This document shows, piece after piece, positions 10,239 to 22,797 of a DNA stretch of 64,000 nt; positions within the stretch are counted from its first letter, which is position 1; each line of letters begins with the position of its first letter. The DNA comes from Coriobacteriia bacterium (GTDB lineage: Bacteria > Actinomycetota > Coriobacteriia > Anaerosomatales > JAAXUF01): NCBI GenBank assembly GCA_038245725.1, contig JBBRSD010000006.1, positions 41,036-105,035 of the forward strand, given 5' to 3'. The notes beneath the pieces are model-generated. The model was not told where the DNA came from. It made no database searches and saw only the letters and a list, made by a program, of their open reading frames with translations. Both the position numbers and the translations under genes were made by a program.

Positions 10239-10480
10239 TCATGACTCTGCTATGAAGCTTGTTGATAACAATGAGGACAACCTCTGGATAAGATGGGCAC
10301 AACTCGGTTCCGCGTCGCGCGAAGCGGAACGACTGGGGAAGGTGTGGACGGCTAACACAGTTCGTCCACAGAGCAAAAAGAAGAGAGACGCCGAGCTCTA
10401 CCTGCGAGAATGTTGACTGTCCACATACGCACAGCCCTTATTACTCTTAGTGCTAATTCTGAAAGAGAAAGGATCAATAC
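10239..10480. promoter_or_regulatory. oriC core: DnaA boxes plus basal unwinding element (box-box-GC spacer-DnaA-trios)
   Basis: dnaA-dnaN spacer with TGTTGATAA, TCTGGATAA, GTCCACA boxes and CTGTCCACA-TACGCACAG-CCC-TTATTACTCTTAGTGCTA (10417-10455). Confidence 0.85.
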
Positions 10481-11581
10481 ATGAAGGTCAGTATCGCCAG
10501 AAGCGAACTCCTTGATGCACTCTCTGTCGTAGGCAAGGGGATGTCAGCGCGATCGACGCTTCCGATCCTTTCAGGAATCTTGTTCAAAGCGTCCAATGGA
10601 GAGATCCAACTACAGTCAACAGACTTGGAGATCTCCGTTCGCAGCACAGTTCCGGCTCTTATCGAGAACGAAGGAGACATCGTTCTTCCGGGCAAGTTGC
10701 TCTCTGACATCGTCAGAAACCTGCCGGAAGCCGCGGTCACCATTGAGACAGAAGGCGAGACCGCGCACATTCGTTGTCAGCAGTCTTCTTTCACAATCCG
10801 CACACTGAACCCTGCGGACTTTCCGAAATTCCCTCAGGTGGTGGTGGGTAAGGCGATTACCTTGCCAGCATCAACGATGGTCTCGATGGTTCGAAATGTC
10901 TCTCGGGCCGTAAGCCGTGACGAGACTCGCGCGATCCTGACCGGAATCCTGCTCGTTATCGAGGGACCCACGGTGCGTATGGTGGCGACAGACTCGTATC
11001 GGCTTGCTGTGAGGGAAATCGTCTTGGAGAAGGTTGCCGGGGAGAACGTGGAAGTCGTGATTCCGGGCAAGGCGCTCGAAGAAGTAACACGCCTGGCTGG
11101 CGACTCAGAGGAGATTAACATCGGCGTCAGTGAGAATCAGGTCGTATTTGAGTTTGGGAGGACGGTCTTTGTCACACGCCGTATCGAAGGCAACTTCCCG
11201 AATTACAAACAACTGATCCCGAAAGAGTGTGAGACCGAAGCCACCCTGTCAGGGGAGGAGCTCTCCTCGGCGGTTAAGAGGGTTTCACTGATGGCCCTTC
11301 ATAACTCGCCGCTTAAGATCAGCGTCAACATTGCGGATCAGACACTCTCTCTTGCGGCGACCACGCAGGATGTGGGCGACGCTTCGGAGGACCTGATGGT
11401 CAAAGCGGAAGGCAAAGACGTCGAGATCGCCTTCAACCACGGATTTCTCATGGATGGGCTGTCGTCGGCGGGCTCGGAGAACATACGCCTCGAGATTCAG
11501 AATCCGCTCAAGCCGGGTCTGTTGAAGACCGTCGGGGATGAGGGTTTCCTCTACCTGCTGATGCCAGTTCGTCTCGGATAG
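10481..11581 (+). CDS. dnaN: DNA polymerase III beta sliding clamp
   Basis: STLPILSGIL, STDLEI, VATDSYRLA, IEGNFPNY, YLLMPVR. Confidence 0.98.
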   Translation: MKVSIARSELLDALSVVGKGMSARSTLPILSGILFKASNGEIQLQSTDLEISVRSTVPALIENEGDIVLPGKLLSDIVRNLPEAAVTIETEGETAHIRCQQSSFTIRTLNPADFPKFPQVVVGKAITLPASTMVSMVRNVSRAVSRDETRAILTGILLVIEGPTVRMVATDSYRLAVREIVLEKVAGENVEVVIPGKALEEVTRLAGDSEEINIGVSENQVVFEFGRTVFVTRRIEGNFPNYKQLIPKECETEATLSGEELSSAVKRVSLMALHNSPLKISVNIADQTLSLAATTQDVGDASEDLMVKAEGKDVEIAFNHGFLMDGLSSAGSENIRLEIQNPLKPGLLKTVGDEGFLYLLMPVRLG

Positions 11582-11586
11582 AGGCA

Positions 11587-12678
11587 GTGGGACTTAGAGT
11601 CACACGATTGGCCCTGCAGGGTTTTCGGAGCTACGAGTCGCTTGTGTTAGAGCCAGACGAGCATCTCACGATCCTTGTCGGTCCGAACGCGGCCGGCAAG
11701 ACGAACATCATCGAAGCGATTCAGCTGGTCACGGCTGGGGACTCGTTCCGTCGGCCACAATGGTCAGACCTCGTGAGGTGGGGAGCCGAGGAAGGTGCCG
11801 TTCTTCTGCGCGCCGAAGGAGACGGCAGAGTACTCGAGACCGCAATGACGGTAAGCTCTGCCGGCCGGCGAGTGTATCGAGTCAACGGGAAGGTCCGTCG
11901 GCGAATGGCTGAGATCGCCGGAATCATCCCGTGCGTCGTATTCACGCCAGATGATCTGAGGCTTGTGAAGGATTCCGCTGATCGGAGGCGGGCGGCGATC
12001 GATGGCGTCGGAGATCAGCTTTCGCCGGCTTATATGGGCGTACGGCTCGACTACGAGCGCATCGTGAGGCAGCGGAACGCTCTACTCAAGGAGACGCACG
12101 CCGATGAGGACGTCCTGGCGGCGCTGACAGGTCGCCTCGTCTCGGAGGGGGTGGCGTTCATGGGTCATCGCCGACGGCTCTTCGACCGCATCGCCGAGAA
12201 GATGTCAGAGATCTATGAGACTCTCTCGGAGGGCGAAAAGCTCTCGGCGATGTACGTCCCGTCGTGGGCGCGCTCCTCGCAGAAGCCGGAAGAAGGTTCG
12301 GCGCGCGAGTTGATGGAGGAGCAGTTGGCAGCAAGGGCATCGGAAGAGCAGGCGCGAGGCCTCACACTCGTCGGGCCCCACCGCGACGAGGTCGTCTTCA
12401 CGGTGGACGGACATGATGCGCGCACCTACGCATCGCAGGGCCAGACACGGACGATCGCCCTGGCGTGGAAACTGGCGGAAGTGGCTGTCATCACAGAGAT
12501 ATCGGGACAGGCGCCAGTGCTCCTGCTCGATGACGTGATGTCGGAGCTCGATCAAGCTCGCAGGCACGCTCTGGCCGCTTTCGTTGGCGAGGCGGCTCAG
12601 ACGTTCGTGACGACCACCAACCTCGGCTACTTCGAGGAGGATCTCGTGGCCCGCGCCAAGGTGGTCAGAGTGCTGTGA
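11587..12678 (+). CDS. recF: DNA replication/repair protein RecF
   Basis: FRSY, GPNAAGKTN, GPHRDE, ASQGQTR, LLLDDVMSELD. Confidence 0.97.
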   Translation: MGLRVTRLALQGFRSYESLVLEPDEHLTILVGPNAAGKTNIIEAIQLVTAGDSFRRPQWSDLVRWGAEEGAVLLRAEGDGRVLETAMTVSSAGRRVYRVNGKVRRRMAEIAGIIPCVVFTPDDLRLVKDSADRRRAAIDGVGDQLSPAYMGVRLDYERIVRQRNALLKETHADEDVLAALTGRLVSEGVAFMGHRRRLFDRIAEKMSEIYETLSEGEKLSAMYVPSWARSSQKPEEGSARELMEEQLAARASEEQARGLTLVGPHRDEVVFTVDGHDARTYASQGQTRTIALAWKLAEVAVITEISGQAPVLLLDDVMSELDQARRHALAAFVGEAAQTFVTTTNLGYFEEDLVARAKVVRVL

Positions 12679-13226
12679 CGCAGCGACGTGGAAGATCGAT
12701 GGGTCTCGATTCAGCACTCCAGGGGCTGCTCGGTAGGCTTGATCGGAAGAGTTCGGGCGCATGGACGGCAGCCAGGGTGACCGTGTTGTGGGCTGACGTT
12801 GCGGGCCCGATAGTCAATGCGCACACAACGGGGGTACATCTCCGCGACGGGACGCTTGTCATCCATGTCGATTCACATGCACGAGCGAACGACCTCGCCG
12901 CGCTCTCGGAGCGGTATCGAGTGGCGATGAATTCAGGTCTCGGCAAGGAATTGGTCAGTAGCGTGTCGTTCACTGTGTCGCGGAAGGTGAGCGATGAACG
13001 AAAGCTTGCCGTGGCAGAACTCGAGACGGAGGAGTTCTATCGGGAGGATGACGTGGAGTCCGTCGCGCTGACTGACACCGAGAGAGCTCAGGTGGAGTCC
13101 TCGGCGTCGACCATCCGAGATGAGCGACTGCGGGCCGCGGTCATACGAGCAACGGTCAAGGACCTTGAATGGAAAAAGGGTATCGAACGGCGTAACGCCG
13201 GCGAGCGGCCGCGAGAGGGCTTCTAA
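12675..13226 (+). CDS. DUF721/DciA-family helicase loader
   Basis: WADVAGPIVNAHT...LRDGTLVIHVDSHARA DUF721 core; canonical position between recF and gyrB. Confidence 0.82.
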   Translation: MTQRRGRSMGLDSALQGLLGRLDRKSSGAWTAARVTVLWADVAGPIVNAHTTGVHLRDGTLVIHVDSHARANDLAALSERYRVAMNSGLGKELVSSVSFTVSRKVSDERKLAVAELETEEFYREDDVESVALTDTERAQVESSASTIRDERLRAAVIRATVKDLEWKKGIERRNAGERPREGF

Positions 13227-13307
13227 GGACCCATTTGGGGGCCTCTACCCTAGTTGTTGTGGTACCATACGGACGGTAACCACAAGATGTCGTGGCTGCC
13301 GTCGTGA

Positions 13308-15260
<1,953 letters not shown>

Positions 15261-15294
15261 CCGAGGCGGGGAGGGACGTGCAGGGGCGCACATC

Positions 15295-15846
15295 GTGAAT
15301 GACGCGGATATCCATTTCCCGCCTGGGCAACGGCGCGACAAGCCAAGTTTCGAGCCACCACCTTGGGAGCGCGATCAGTTCGATGAGCTCTCGAAGCGAA
15401 AGGCGGAAGAACAGGCCGAGTTCGAAGTGGAACAACCGGTCGAGCCAGTGGCCGGCGAACAAGAATCCACGGCCGCGGAAACAGCCGGGGAGCATCAGGG
15501 ATCGGAGCGAACTGAGACGGACGCCGAAACGGACGCTGAGGCGGCGGGGGAAAGCGAGAGGCCCGTGGTGGACGCGAAGCAGGTAGAGGTGCTGTTGATG
15601 GGACTTCGGGCCGAAGAGCCGCGGCCGGAGGTGACGTTCCAGAAGATCACAGTGATTGTAGGTGTCGTGGCGGCTCTGGTCGGTCTGGCAATCGCGACAT
15701 GGGGGGTCATCGTCCTGGTGACGCCTGCGGGCTCGGCGCCCGGCGCGGTGTTCTTGGCTTCCAGCCTCCTTCTTTTTGGTCTGGGATTCATGGGAATCGG
15801 CGCGTGGGTCGTTTATAAGTCATTGCGACAGCAAGGAGTGCTCTAA
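15295..15846 (+). CDS. Hypothetical membrane protein (acidic N-terminal region, two C-terminal TM helices)
   Basis: Fills the gyrB-gyrA gap; probable GTG start 15295; FEPPPWERDQF motif, Glu-rich linker, two hydrophobic helices; stop abuts the gyrA start. Confidence 0.75.
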   Translation: MNDADIHFPPGQRRDKPSFEPPPWERDQFDELSKRKAEEQAEFEVEQPVEPVAGEQESTAAETAGEHQGSERTETDAETDAEAAGESERPVVDAKQVEVLLMGLRAEEPRPEVTFQKITVIVGVVAALVGLAIATWGVIVLVTPAGSAPGAVFLASSLLLFGLGFMGIGAWVVYKSLRQQGVL

Positions 15847-18465
15847 GTGGCAGACGAGAACGGGATGATCGACACAAGCGGGACGATCACGATCCCGATC
15901 GAGATCCAGACCGAGATGAGGAAGTCGTTCCTCGAGTACTCGATGAGCGTCATCGTCTCGCGGGCGCTTCCAGACGTCCGCGACGGCCTGAAGCCAGTAC
16001 ACCGACGCATCCTCTACGCGATGCACGAGTCGGGGCTGACCCCCACCCGCGCCTACAAGAAGTCCGCGTGGACCGTCGGCGAAGTCATCGGCAAGTACCA
16101 CCCACACGGTGACGTGGCGGTGTACGACACGATGGTGCGGATGGCGCAACCGTTCGCGATGCGCGCACCGCTAGTCGACGGGCATGGAAACTTCGGCTCG
16201 GTCGACGGCGACCGCGCGGCCGCCATGCGATACACCGAGTCGCGTTTGCATCGGCTCGCCATGGAGCTGCTGCGCGATCTGGACAAGGAGACCGTCGACT
16301 TCGGCCCGAACTATGACGAGTCGCTGACCGAGCCACTCGTCCTCCCAAGCCGCTATCCCAACCTTCTCGTGAACGGCTCGGCGGGTATTGCTGTCGGTAT
16401 GGCCACCAACATCCCCCCGCACAACCTCGGCGAGGTCATCGACGCCACAACGATGCTGATCGACAACCCCGACGCGACCACCGAAGAGCTCATGACCAAG
16501 GTGCCGGGGCCGGACTTCCCCACAGGCGGCACGATCATGGGCCGAGAGGGGATTCTCTCGGCGTATGAGACGGGCCGCGGCTCGATCACCATCCGCGGCA
16601 AGGCGCATATCGAGCAAACCTCGACCGGGCGCACGCGAATCATCATCTCTGAGATTCCATATCAGGTGAACAAGTCCAAGCTCGTGACCAAGATCGCTGA
16701 CCTCGTTCGCGAGAAGAAGCTCACGGAGATCTCGGATCTGCGCGACGAGTCCGACCGCAAGGGAATGCGGGTCGTCGTCGAGCTCAAGACGAACTGCATT
16801 CCGCAGGTCGTACTCAACAAGCTGTTCAAGCACACGCAGCTCCAGCAGGGCTTCGGCGTGATCATGCTGTCCCTCGTCGACGGCGTGCCTCGCACGTTGA
16901 ACCTCAAGGAGATGCTGGGCTACTACATCGAGCACCAGAAGGACGTCATCACCCGCAGGACCCAGTACGAGCTGCGCAAGGCCCAGGAGCGCGCTCACAT
17001 CCTCGAAGGCCTCATCATCGCGCTCGACAATATCGACGAGGTCATCCGCATCATCCGCGCGAGTAACGACGACGCCGAGGCCAAGGCGCGCCTCATCGAG
17101 CGCTTCGGGCTCTCGGAGATCCAGACGGACGCAATCCTCGAGATGCGCCTGCGCCGCCTCACCGGCCTCGAGCGTCACAAGATCGAGGACGAGCTCGAGG
17201 AGCTGCGCAAGAAGATCGCGTGGTACACGCAGGTTCTCGGCGACATGAACCTCGTGCTGCAGATCATCAAGGACGAGCTCGGTGAGGTGCGACAGAAGTT
17301 CGCCGACAAGCGCCGGACCGACATCTCGGCCGCCGCAAAGGACCTCGACGTCGAAGACCTCATCGCCGAGGAGGACATGGTCGTCACCATCACGAAGGCC
17401 GGCTACGTCAAGCGCCTGCCTGTGGCGACGTACCGCCAGCAGAAGCGCGGCGGCAAGGGGCTGCAGGGCGTGAACCTGCGCGACAACGACTTCGTCGAGC
17501 ACCTCTTCATCGCGAGTACGCACGACTACGTGCTGATCTTCTCGACGAAGGGCAAGGTCTACCGCTTGAAGGTCCACGAGCTGCCGGTGGGCTCGCGCCA
17601 CGCCCGCGGTGCTGCCGTCGTCAACATCCTGCCGTTCGAGACTACCGAGAAGATCGCCGCCGTCATCAACACGAAAGTCTTCTCGCCTGACGAGTTCCTC
17701 ATGTTTGCCACGAAGCACGGCATGGTGAAGAAGACGGCGATCCAGGCGTACGACCGCAGCCGACGAGACGGGATCATCGCGATCAACCTGCGCGACGACG
17801 ACGAGCTCATCAGCGTCCGCAGGGTGATGACCGGCCAGAAGGTCATGATGGTGTCGACCTCGGGCAAGGCGATCAAGTGGGATGAGGCCGAGGCGCGTCC
17901 GATGGGCCGTGACACGATGGGAGTCAAGGGCATGGCCGTGAAGAAGGGTGACGCCATCCTCGGCATGGAGATAGCGCCCGACAACGCCGAGCTGTTCGTG
18001 GTGACCGAGCGCGGTTACGGGAAGCGCACGACAGTCGGGGAGTATCCGGAACACCATCGCGGCGGGCAGGGCGTCAAGACGATCCAAGTCACGCCGAAGA
18101 AAGGTCCGCTCACGGGCATGAAGATCGTCCTGCCGCAGCACGAACTGATGCTCATCTCCGAAGAAGGCGTGGTCATCCGCGTCAAGGCCGACGACATCAG
18201 CAAGCTCGGGCGTTCAACGCAGGGCGTCAAGGTCATGAACGTCGCTGAGACAGACCGGGTGTGCGCCATCGCTCGCGTCAGTGGCGGCAAGAAGAAGATC
18301 AAGCCGCGCGGCATCGCTGAGGGCCAGGGTTCGCTGCTCGAGCAAGGCGCGGAGCCGGCGGTAGAGGCAGACGTCGTCGACGCCATCGAGGACGAGACCG
18401 AAGACCTCATGGCCGAGGAGTTCGAGGACGCCGAGGACGCAGAAGCGGCCGAGGACACCGAATAG
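15847..18465 (+). CDS. gyrA: DNA gyrase subunit A
   Basis: [30 protein letters not shown] catalytic Tyr, GyrA box QKRGGKG, acidic tail. Confidence 0.99.
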   Translation: MADENGMIDTSGTITIPIEIQTEMRKSFLEYSMSVIVSRALPDVRDGLKPVHRRILYAMHESGLTPTRAYKKSAWTVGEVIGKYHPHGDVAVYDTMVRMAQPFAMRAPLVDGHGNFGSVDGDRAAAMRYTESRLHRLAMELLRDLDKETVDFGPNYDESLTEPLVLPSRYPNLLVNGSAGIAVGMATNIPPHNLGEVIDATTMLIDNPDATTEELMTKVPGPDFPTGGTIMGREGILSAYETGRGSITIRGKAHIEQTSTGRTRIIISEIPYQVNKSKLVTKIADLVREKKLTEISDLRDESDRKGMRVVVELKTNCIPQVVLNKLFKHTQLQQGFGVIMLSLVDGVPRTLNLKEMLGYYIEHQKDVITRRTQYELRKAQERAHILEGLIIALDNIDEVIRIIRASNDDAEAKARLIERFGLSEIQTDAILEMRLRRLTGLERHKIEDELEELRKKIAWYTQVLGDMNLVLQIIKDELGEVRQKFADKRRTDISAAAKDLDVEDLIAEEDMVVTITKAGYVKRLPVATYRQQKRGGKGLQGVNLRDNDFVEHLFIASTHDYVLIFSTKGKVYRLKVHELPVGSRHARGAAVVNILPFETTEKIAAVINTKVFSPDEFLMFATKHGMVKKTAIQAYDRSRRDGIIAINLRDDDELISVRRVMTGQKVMMVSTSGKAIKWDEAEARPMGRDTMGVKGMAVKKGDAILGMEIAPDNAELFVVTERGYGKRTTVGEYPEHHRGGQGVKTIQVTPKKGPLTGMKIVLPQHELMLISEEGVVIRVKADDISKLGRSTQGVKVMNVAETDRVCAIARVSGGKKKIKPRGIAEGQGSLLEQGAEPAVEADVVDAIEDETEDLMAEEFEDAEDAEAAEDTE

Positions 18466-18477
18466 GATGAAGTCCGA

Positions 18478-19173
18478 ATGACGCCAGGGGCCGGGTCTTC
18501 CGCCGAGAAGCAACGGTTGAGCGCCGTCGAGGTCGTATTGTTCGACCTCGACGGCACGCTTATCGATACTATCGACCTCATTCTGGCGTCGATGCGTCAC
18601 GCGACAGAGTCGGTCCTGGGCGAGGCGCTCGCCGACCACATCCTCATGCACAACGTGGGCGTGCCGCTGCGCGTGCAGATGAGCGAATTCGATCCGGAGC
18701 ATACCGAAGAGCTGCTGACGGCTTACCGCGCCCACAACGAGATCGTCCACGATGACCTGGTCGCGGAGTATCCCGGCATCGAGGACGGCCTCAAGGAGTT
18801 GCAGCAGAAGGGCTACTCGCTTGGGATCGTCACGTCGAAGAGCCTGCCCGTCGCCCTACGGGGACTCGCGCGCTTCAATCTGGAGCGGTACTTCGACACC
18901 ATCGTCGCTTACGAGGACACCCAGATCCATAAGCCACAACCGGAGCCGCTACTGCTGGCGGCCGAACGGCTCGGCGTTGCCGCCGAAAAGTGCGCGTACG
19001 TCGGAGACAGCCCGCACGACATGAATGCTGCGATTGCAGCCGGAGCCGTTCCGGTCGCGGCGCTGTGGGGGCCGTTCCCATCGCGTGTCCTGGAGCCGGG
19101 ACCGGCGGCCGCGATCGGGTCGCTCGGGGAGCTCGCGGAGTTGTTGCCGGGCAGGGGCGAGAGCCGGGTGTGA
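18478..19173 (+). CDS. HAD-IA hydrolase (PpaX-like phosphatase)
   Basis: FDLDGTLIDT motif I, GIVTSK, HKPQPEP, YVGDSPHD. Start may be TTG 18517. Confidence 0.9.
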   Translation: MTPGAGSSAEKQRLSAVEVVLFDLDGTLIDTIDLILASMRHATESVLGEALADHILMHNVGVPLRVQMSEFDPEHTEELLTAYRAHNEIVHDDLVAEYPGIEDGLKELQQKGYSLGIVTSKSLPVALRGLARFNLERYFDTIVAYEDTQIHKPQPEPLLLAAERLGVAAEKCAYVGDSPHDMNAAIAAGAVPVAALWGPFPSRVLEPGPAAAIGSLGELAELLPGRGESRV

Positions 19174-19269
19174 GGTTTCAGGTTGGCAGGACTGCGTTGT
19201 GAAACAATGCAGAAAGTGCCCTCATGCACGCACGGCATGGGGGCGTCGGGTCGGCCTTGAGGAGGACGC

Positions 19270-20739
19270 GTGTCAAAGAGGACCAAGATCATCATCGCCG
19301 TCGTTGCGCTGGTCGTTGTGGGGGGAATCGTTGCGAGCTTCGCGCTCAAATCACGCGGCTCTGGTGTGCCGATAACCACCGCGACGGTCACTCAGAGCAA
19401 CCTCGGCGTCACGGTTTCTGCCTCAGGCCAGATCAAAGCAGGCTCACGCGCAGACGTCTATCCTCCCGCGGCGGGCACGCTCGCCAAGGTGTACGTGGCC
19501 GACGGAGCATCGGTGACTGCGGGCCAGAAGCTCGCGAAGATGGACACGGGCCCTCTGGAGCTCGCGGTCAAGCAGGCCAAGGCGGGCGTCGCGCAGGCCC
19601 GCGCGACGCTGGACAACATCGGCGCACAGACGGTCTCGTCGGCAGACGTGGTCGCGGCTCGTGCGAACGTGAAGGCGACCAAGAAGTCGCTGCATGCCGC
19701 CAAGGAGAACGCGGAGGCCGTGCCGGGTCAGGCGCCCACCTCCGGCCAGCTCGACGCTGCGAAGGCCGCGCGCGACGCGGCACACTCGGCGTACGTGAAC
19801 GCGTCGGGCGCATACACCGCCGCGCTGGGGATCTACGGATCGACCTCTCCGACGACTACGGCGGCCGCAACCGCCAAGCAGCAGGCGTTCGCGAGCTACC
19901 TGAGCGCGAAGGCTACCTACGACAAGCTGGTAGCGACAGACCTGAGCCCGGCACAGGCGCAGGCCAGTGCTGGGATCGCGCAGGCCAACGCTGCCTACAA
20001 GGCGGCGCTCGCATCGCTCCATAAGGCGGTGGCGGCCGATCCGGCGAGCCAGAGGTCCGCAGCCCGCGCGGCGGTCATCCAGGCCGAACAGGCGCTCGAA
20101 CTAGCCGAGGACAGCCTCGATAATGCGACGTTTGTTGCGCCCATCGACGGCACGGTCTTCTTCAACACCGCGGGCGTCGCCGGCGCTGACGGAAGAACGC
20201 CACTACCGGCCGCTGGCAGCGCCGTGGCACCGCAGGCCGCTCCCTTTTCGGTGGTCGATCTGGGCGGCTCGACGTTCGCCGGCGAGGTCGACGAGGCCGA
20301 CATCGACCGCGTGCGTGTGGGCATGAGTGCCGACGTGACGTTGGATTCGTTCGCCGGTCAGACGTTCAAAACGAAGGTCACGCACATAGGCTCCGCAGCG
20401 CAGCCAACCGCCACAGGCGGGACGATCTTCCTGGTCGAGATGGCGATGAGGGACACGGGCAAGAACGTCCTCATCGGCATGAAGGGCGACACGACCGTCA
20501 AGGTGTCATCGATTCCGAACGCGCTCACGATTCCTCTCGAGGCGCTCTTCAGCGAGAACGGCACGAACTTCGTGTACAAGGTCGTTGGTGGAAGTAAGCT
20601 CGCGAAGACCATCATCACGATCGGCGCCACGACTGACACAGCCGTCGAGGTCGTTCAGGGTCTGTCCAAGGGTGATGTGGTGGCGCTCGCAAGCCCGACC
20701 ACCTACACGGACGGCATGGCTGTTCGCGTGAAGAATTAG
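19270..20739 (+). CDS. MacA-like efflux adaptor (membrane fusion) protein
   Basis: N-terminal TM, lipoyl-like half motifs (GTLAKVYVADGASVTAGQKLA; APIDGTV), long Ala-rich coiled coil, VDEADIDRVRVGM. Confidence 0.88.
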   Translation: MSKRTKIIIAVVALVVVGGIVASFALKSRGSGVPITTATVTQSNLGVTVSASGQIKAGSRADVYPPAAGTLAKVYVADGASVTAGQKLAKMDTGPLELAVKQAKAGVAQARATLDNIGAQTVSSADVVAARANVKATKKSLHAAKENAEAVPGQAPTSGQLDAAKAARDAAHSAYVNASGAYTAALGIYGSTSPTTTAAATAKQQAFASYLSAKATYDKLVATDLSPAQAQASAGIAQANAAYKAALASLHKAVAADPASQRSAARAAVIQAEQALELAEDSLDNATFVAPIDGTVFFNTAGVAGADGRTPLPAAGSAVAPQAAPFSVVDLGGSTFAGEVDEADIDRVRVGMSADVTLDSFAGQTFKTKVTHIGSAAQPTATGGTIFLVEMAMRDTGKNVLIGMKGDTTVKVSSIPNALTIPLEALFSENGTNFVYKVVGGSKLAKTIITIGATTDTAVEVVQGLSKGDVVALASPTTYTDGMAVRVKN

Positions 20740-20746
20740 CGCCCGG

Positions 20747-21598
20747 ATGACCGGGCACCACGCCGCACAGACGCCGGTCACGGACGGCGTGGATCAGGCG
20801 GTCTCGTACGAATCCGAGGCGGTGCTTCGCGCTGTTGACGTCGTGAAGAGCTATGTCCTCGATGAGGTCGTGGTCAACGCGTTGCGTGGCGTGAACCTCG
20901 AGGTTCGCCGAGGGGAGATGCTCGCGATCATGGGCCCATCAGGTTCTGGAAAGTCGACGCTCATGCACATCGTGGGCCTGCTCGATCATCCTACGACGGG
21001 CACCGTCTCCATCGATGACGAAGACGTATCGGGCATGGAACCCAACCAGCTCGCGGCCGTGCGAAACAAGCGCATCGGCTTCGTCTTCCAGTCATTCAAC
21101 CTGCTGGCTCGAACCACCGCCCAGGCGAACGTGGAGCTACCGCTCGTGTATGCCGGCGTCAGTGGCAGCGAGCGGTCGCGCCGCGCAAGGGAGGCGCTCG
21201 AGCGCGTGGGGCTGGGCGACCGCCTCGGCCATATGCCCAACCAGCTTTCCGGCGGTCAGCAGCAGCGCGTCGCGATTGCGCGCGCGCTCGTGACCGAGCC
21301 GAGCATCGTGCTCGCCGACGAGCCCACGGGCAACCTTGATTCGCGAAGCGGCGTCGAGGTGATGCAGATACTTCAGGACCTCAACGAGCAGGGAATTACC
21401 GTCGTGCTCGTCACCCATGACGCGCGAGTTGCTCGGCATGCGCAGCGCGTCGTGCACCTTCGAGACGGGCAGATCGTCTTGAACGAACTAGTGGAGGACA
21501 GCATCAAAGCGGCGTGGGAGGTCCAACAGCTCGACTCCGTTGACGCAATCGGCCACGACCTGGACAGCCTGTCGGTCAACGCGAGGCCGCGGCCGTGA
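20747..21598 (+). CDS. ABC transporter ATP-binding protein (LolD/MacB type)
   Basis: GPSGSGKST, LSGGQQQRVAIARAL, LADEPTGNLD, VTHD. Confidence 0.95.
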   Translation: MTGHHAAQTPVTDGVDQAVSYESEAVLRAVDVVKSYVLDEVVVNALRGVNLEVRRGEMLAIMGPSGSGKSTLMHIVGLLDHPTTGTVSIDDEDVSGMEPNQLAAVRNKRIGFVFQSFNLLARTTAQANVELPLVYAGVSGSERSRRAREALERVGLGDRLGHMPNQLSGGQQQRVAIARALVTEPSIVLADEPTGNLDSRSGVEVMQILQDLNEQGITVVLVTHDARVARHAQRVVHLRDGQIVLNELVEDSIKAAWEVQQLDSVDAIGHDLDSLSVNARPRP

Positions 21599-22782
21599 AC
21601 ATAGTAGAGAGCTTCCGCATCGCGCTTCGAGCGCTCAACGCGAATAAAGTCCGGAGCGCTCTGACGATGCTGGGCGTGATCATCGGAGTCGCGGCCGTCA
21701 TCCTGCTCGTCTCGATCGGCACCGGCGTCCAAAGTCAGATCACCGGCCAGATCGCCGGTCTCGGCTCGAACCTGCTCTACGTGTTCCCGGGCAAGCTCGA
21801 AGGCCGAGGAGGGCCGGGCGGTGGCGGCGTCGGCAAGAAGCTGACGCTCGACGACGTGAAGTACCTGCAGGCCCGTCTCGGCTCGTCGAATCTCGTCATC
21901 CCCGAGCTCGCGGGCGCGGGGGACTTCCGGTACCACAACCAGACGATGAACGGGCAAGTCACTGCCTCCGACGAGAATGTGAATCAGGCGGCGATCGGCA
22001 CAGTGCAGATCGGGCGCTGGTACGGCAGAGGCGAGGCCGTCGGGGCATCGCACGTGGCGGTCCTCGGAAGCGGCGTACGCGACACGTTGTTCCCTGGACA
22101 GAACCCGGTGGGCGCTTCCATCGATGTGAACGGCCAGCCGTTCCGCATCATCGGAGTGCTCGAGAAGAAGGGCGGCGGGTTTGGCGGGAATCAGGACAAC
22201 ATCGTCAGTATCCCGCTCTCGACGGCGCAGCAGCTGTTCGGGACATCCGATGTCTCGGTGATACTCGTGCGGGTCGCCGACGCGAAACAGGTCGATGCGG
22301 TCAAAGCGCAAGCGCAGATCGCGCTCCGGCCGCGCTTCTCGGACCAGTTCACCGTGTTCACCCAGGCGCAGACGCTGAGCTTCCTGTCGACGATCCTCGG
22401 AACGCTCACGGCGATGCTCGCTGGGTTGGCGAGCATATCGCTGCTGGTCGGGGGAATCGGAATCATGAACATCATGCTTGTCAGCGTGTCCGAGCGGACG
22501 CGCGAGATCGGCATTCGCAAGGCAGTCGGCGCTCGGACGTACGACATCTTGAGCCAGTTCGTCATCGAGGCGATGGTGCTGTCGGTCCTCGGAGGCGTCT
22601 TAGGGATACTGGTCGGCGCCGGTGGGGCGCTTGCGCTTCGTAGCGTCGTGTCGACGCAGGTGACGTGGTGGGCGGTCACACTGGCGTTCTTCTTCTCGGC
22701 GGGAGTGGGAGTGTTCTTCGGGGTGTACCCGGCATATCGCGCGTCGCGGCTCGACCCGATCGAGGCACTCAGGTACGAGTAA
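21595..22782 (+). CDS. ABC transporter permease (MacB/FtsX family)
   Basis: RSALTMLGVIIGVAAV, GGIGIMNIMLVSVSERTREIGIRKAVGA, LDPIEALRYE. Confidence 0.95.
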   Translation: MNIVESFRIALRALNANKVRSALTMLGVIIGVAAVILLVSIGTGVQSQITGQIAGLGSNLLYVFPGKLEGRGGPGGGGVGKKLTLDDVKYLQARLGSSNLVIPELAGAGDFRYHNQTMNGQVTASDENVNQAAIGTVQIGRWYGRGEAVGASHVAVLGSGVRDTLFPGQNPVGASIDVNGQPFRIIGVLEKKGGGFGGNQDNIVSIPLSTAQQLFGTSDVSVILVRVADAKQVDAVKAQAQIALRPRFSDQFTVFTQAQTLSFLSTILGTLTAMLAGLASISLLVGGIGIMNIMLVSVSERTREIGIRKAVGARTYDILSQFVIEAMVLSVLGGVLGILVGAGGALALRSVVSTQVTWWAVTLAFFFSAGVGVFFGVYPAYRASRLDPIEALRYE

Positions 22783-22797
22783 TGCGCCCCTTGACGC

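Noticed and set aside
16171..18141. Long antisense/alternate-frame ORFs (e.g. 656 aa opposite gyrA, 760 aa at 32566-34848, 556 aa at 29332-31002, 518 aa at 27468-29024)
   Set aside because: Shadow ORFs expected from high-GC codon bias; they overlap confidently identified genes and have no recognisable motifs.
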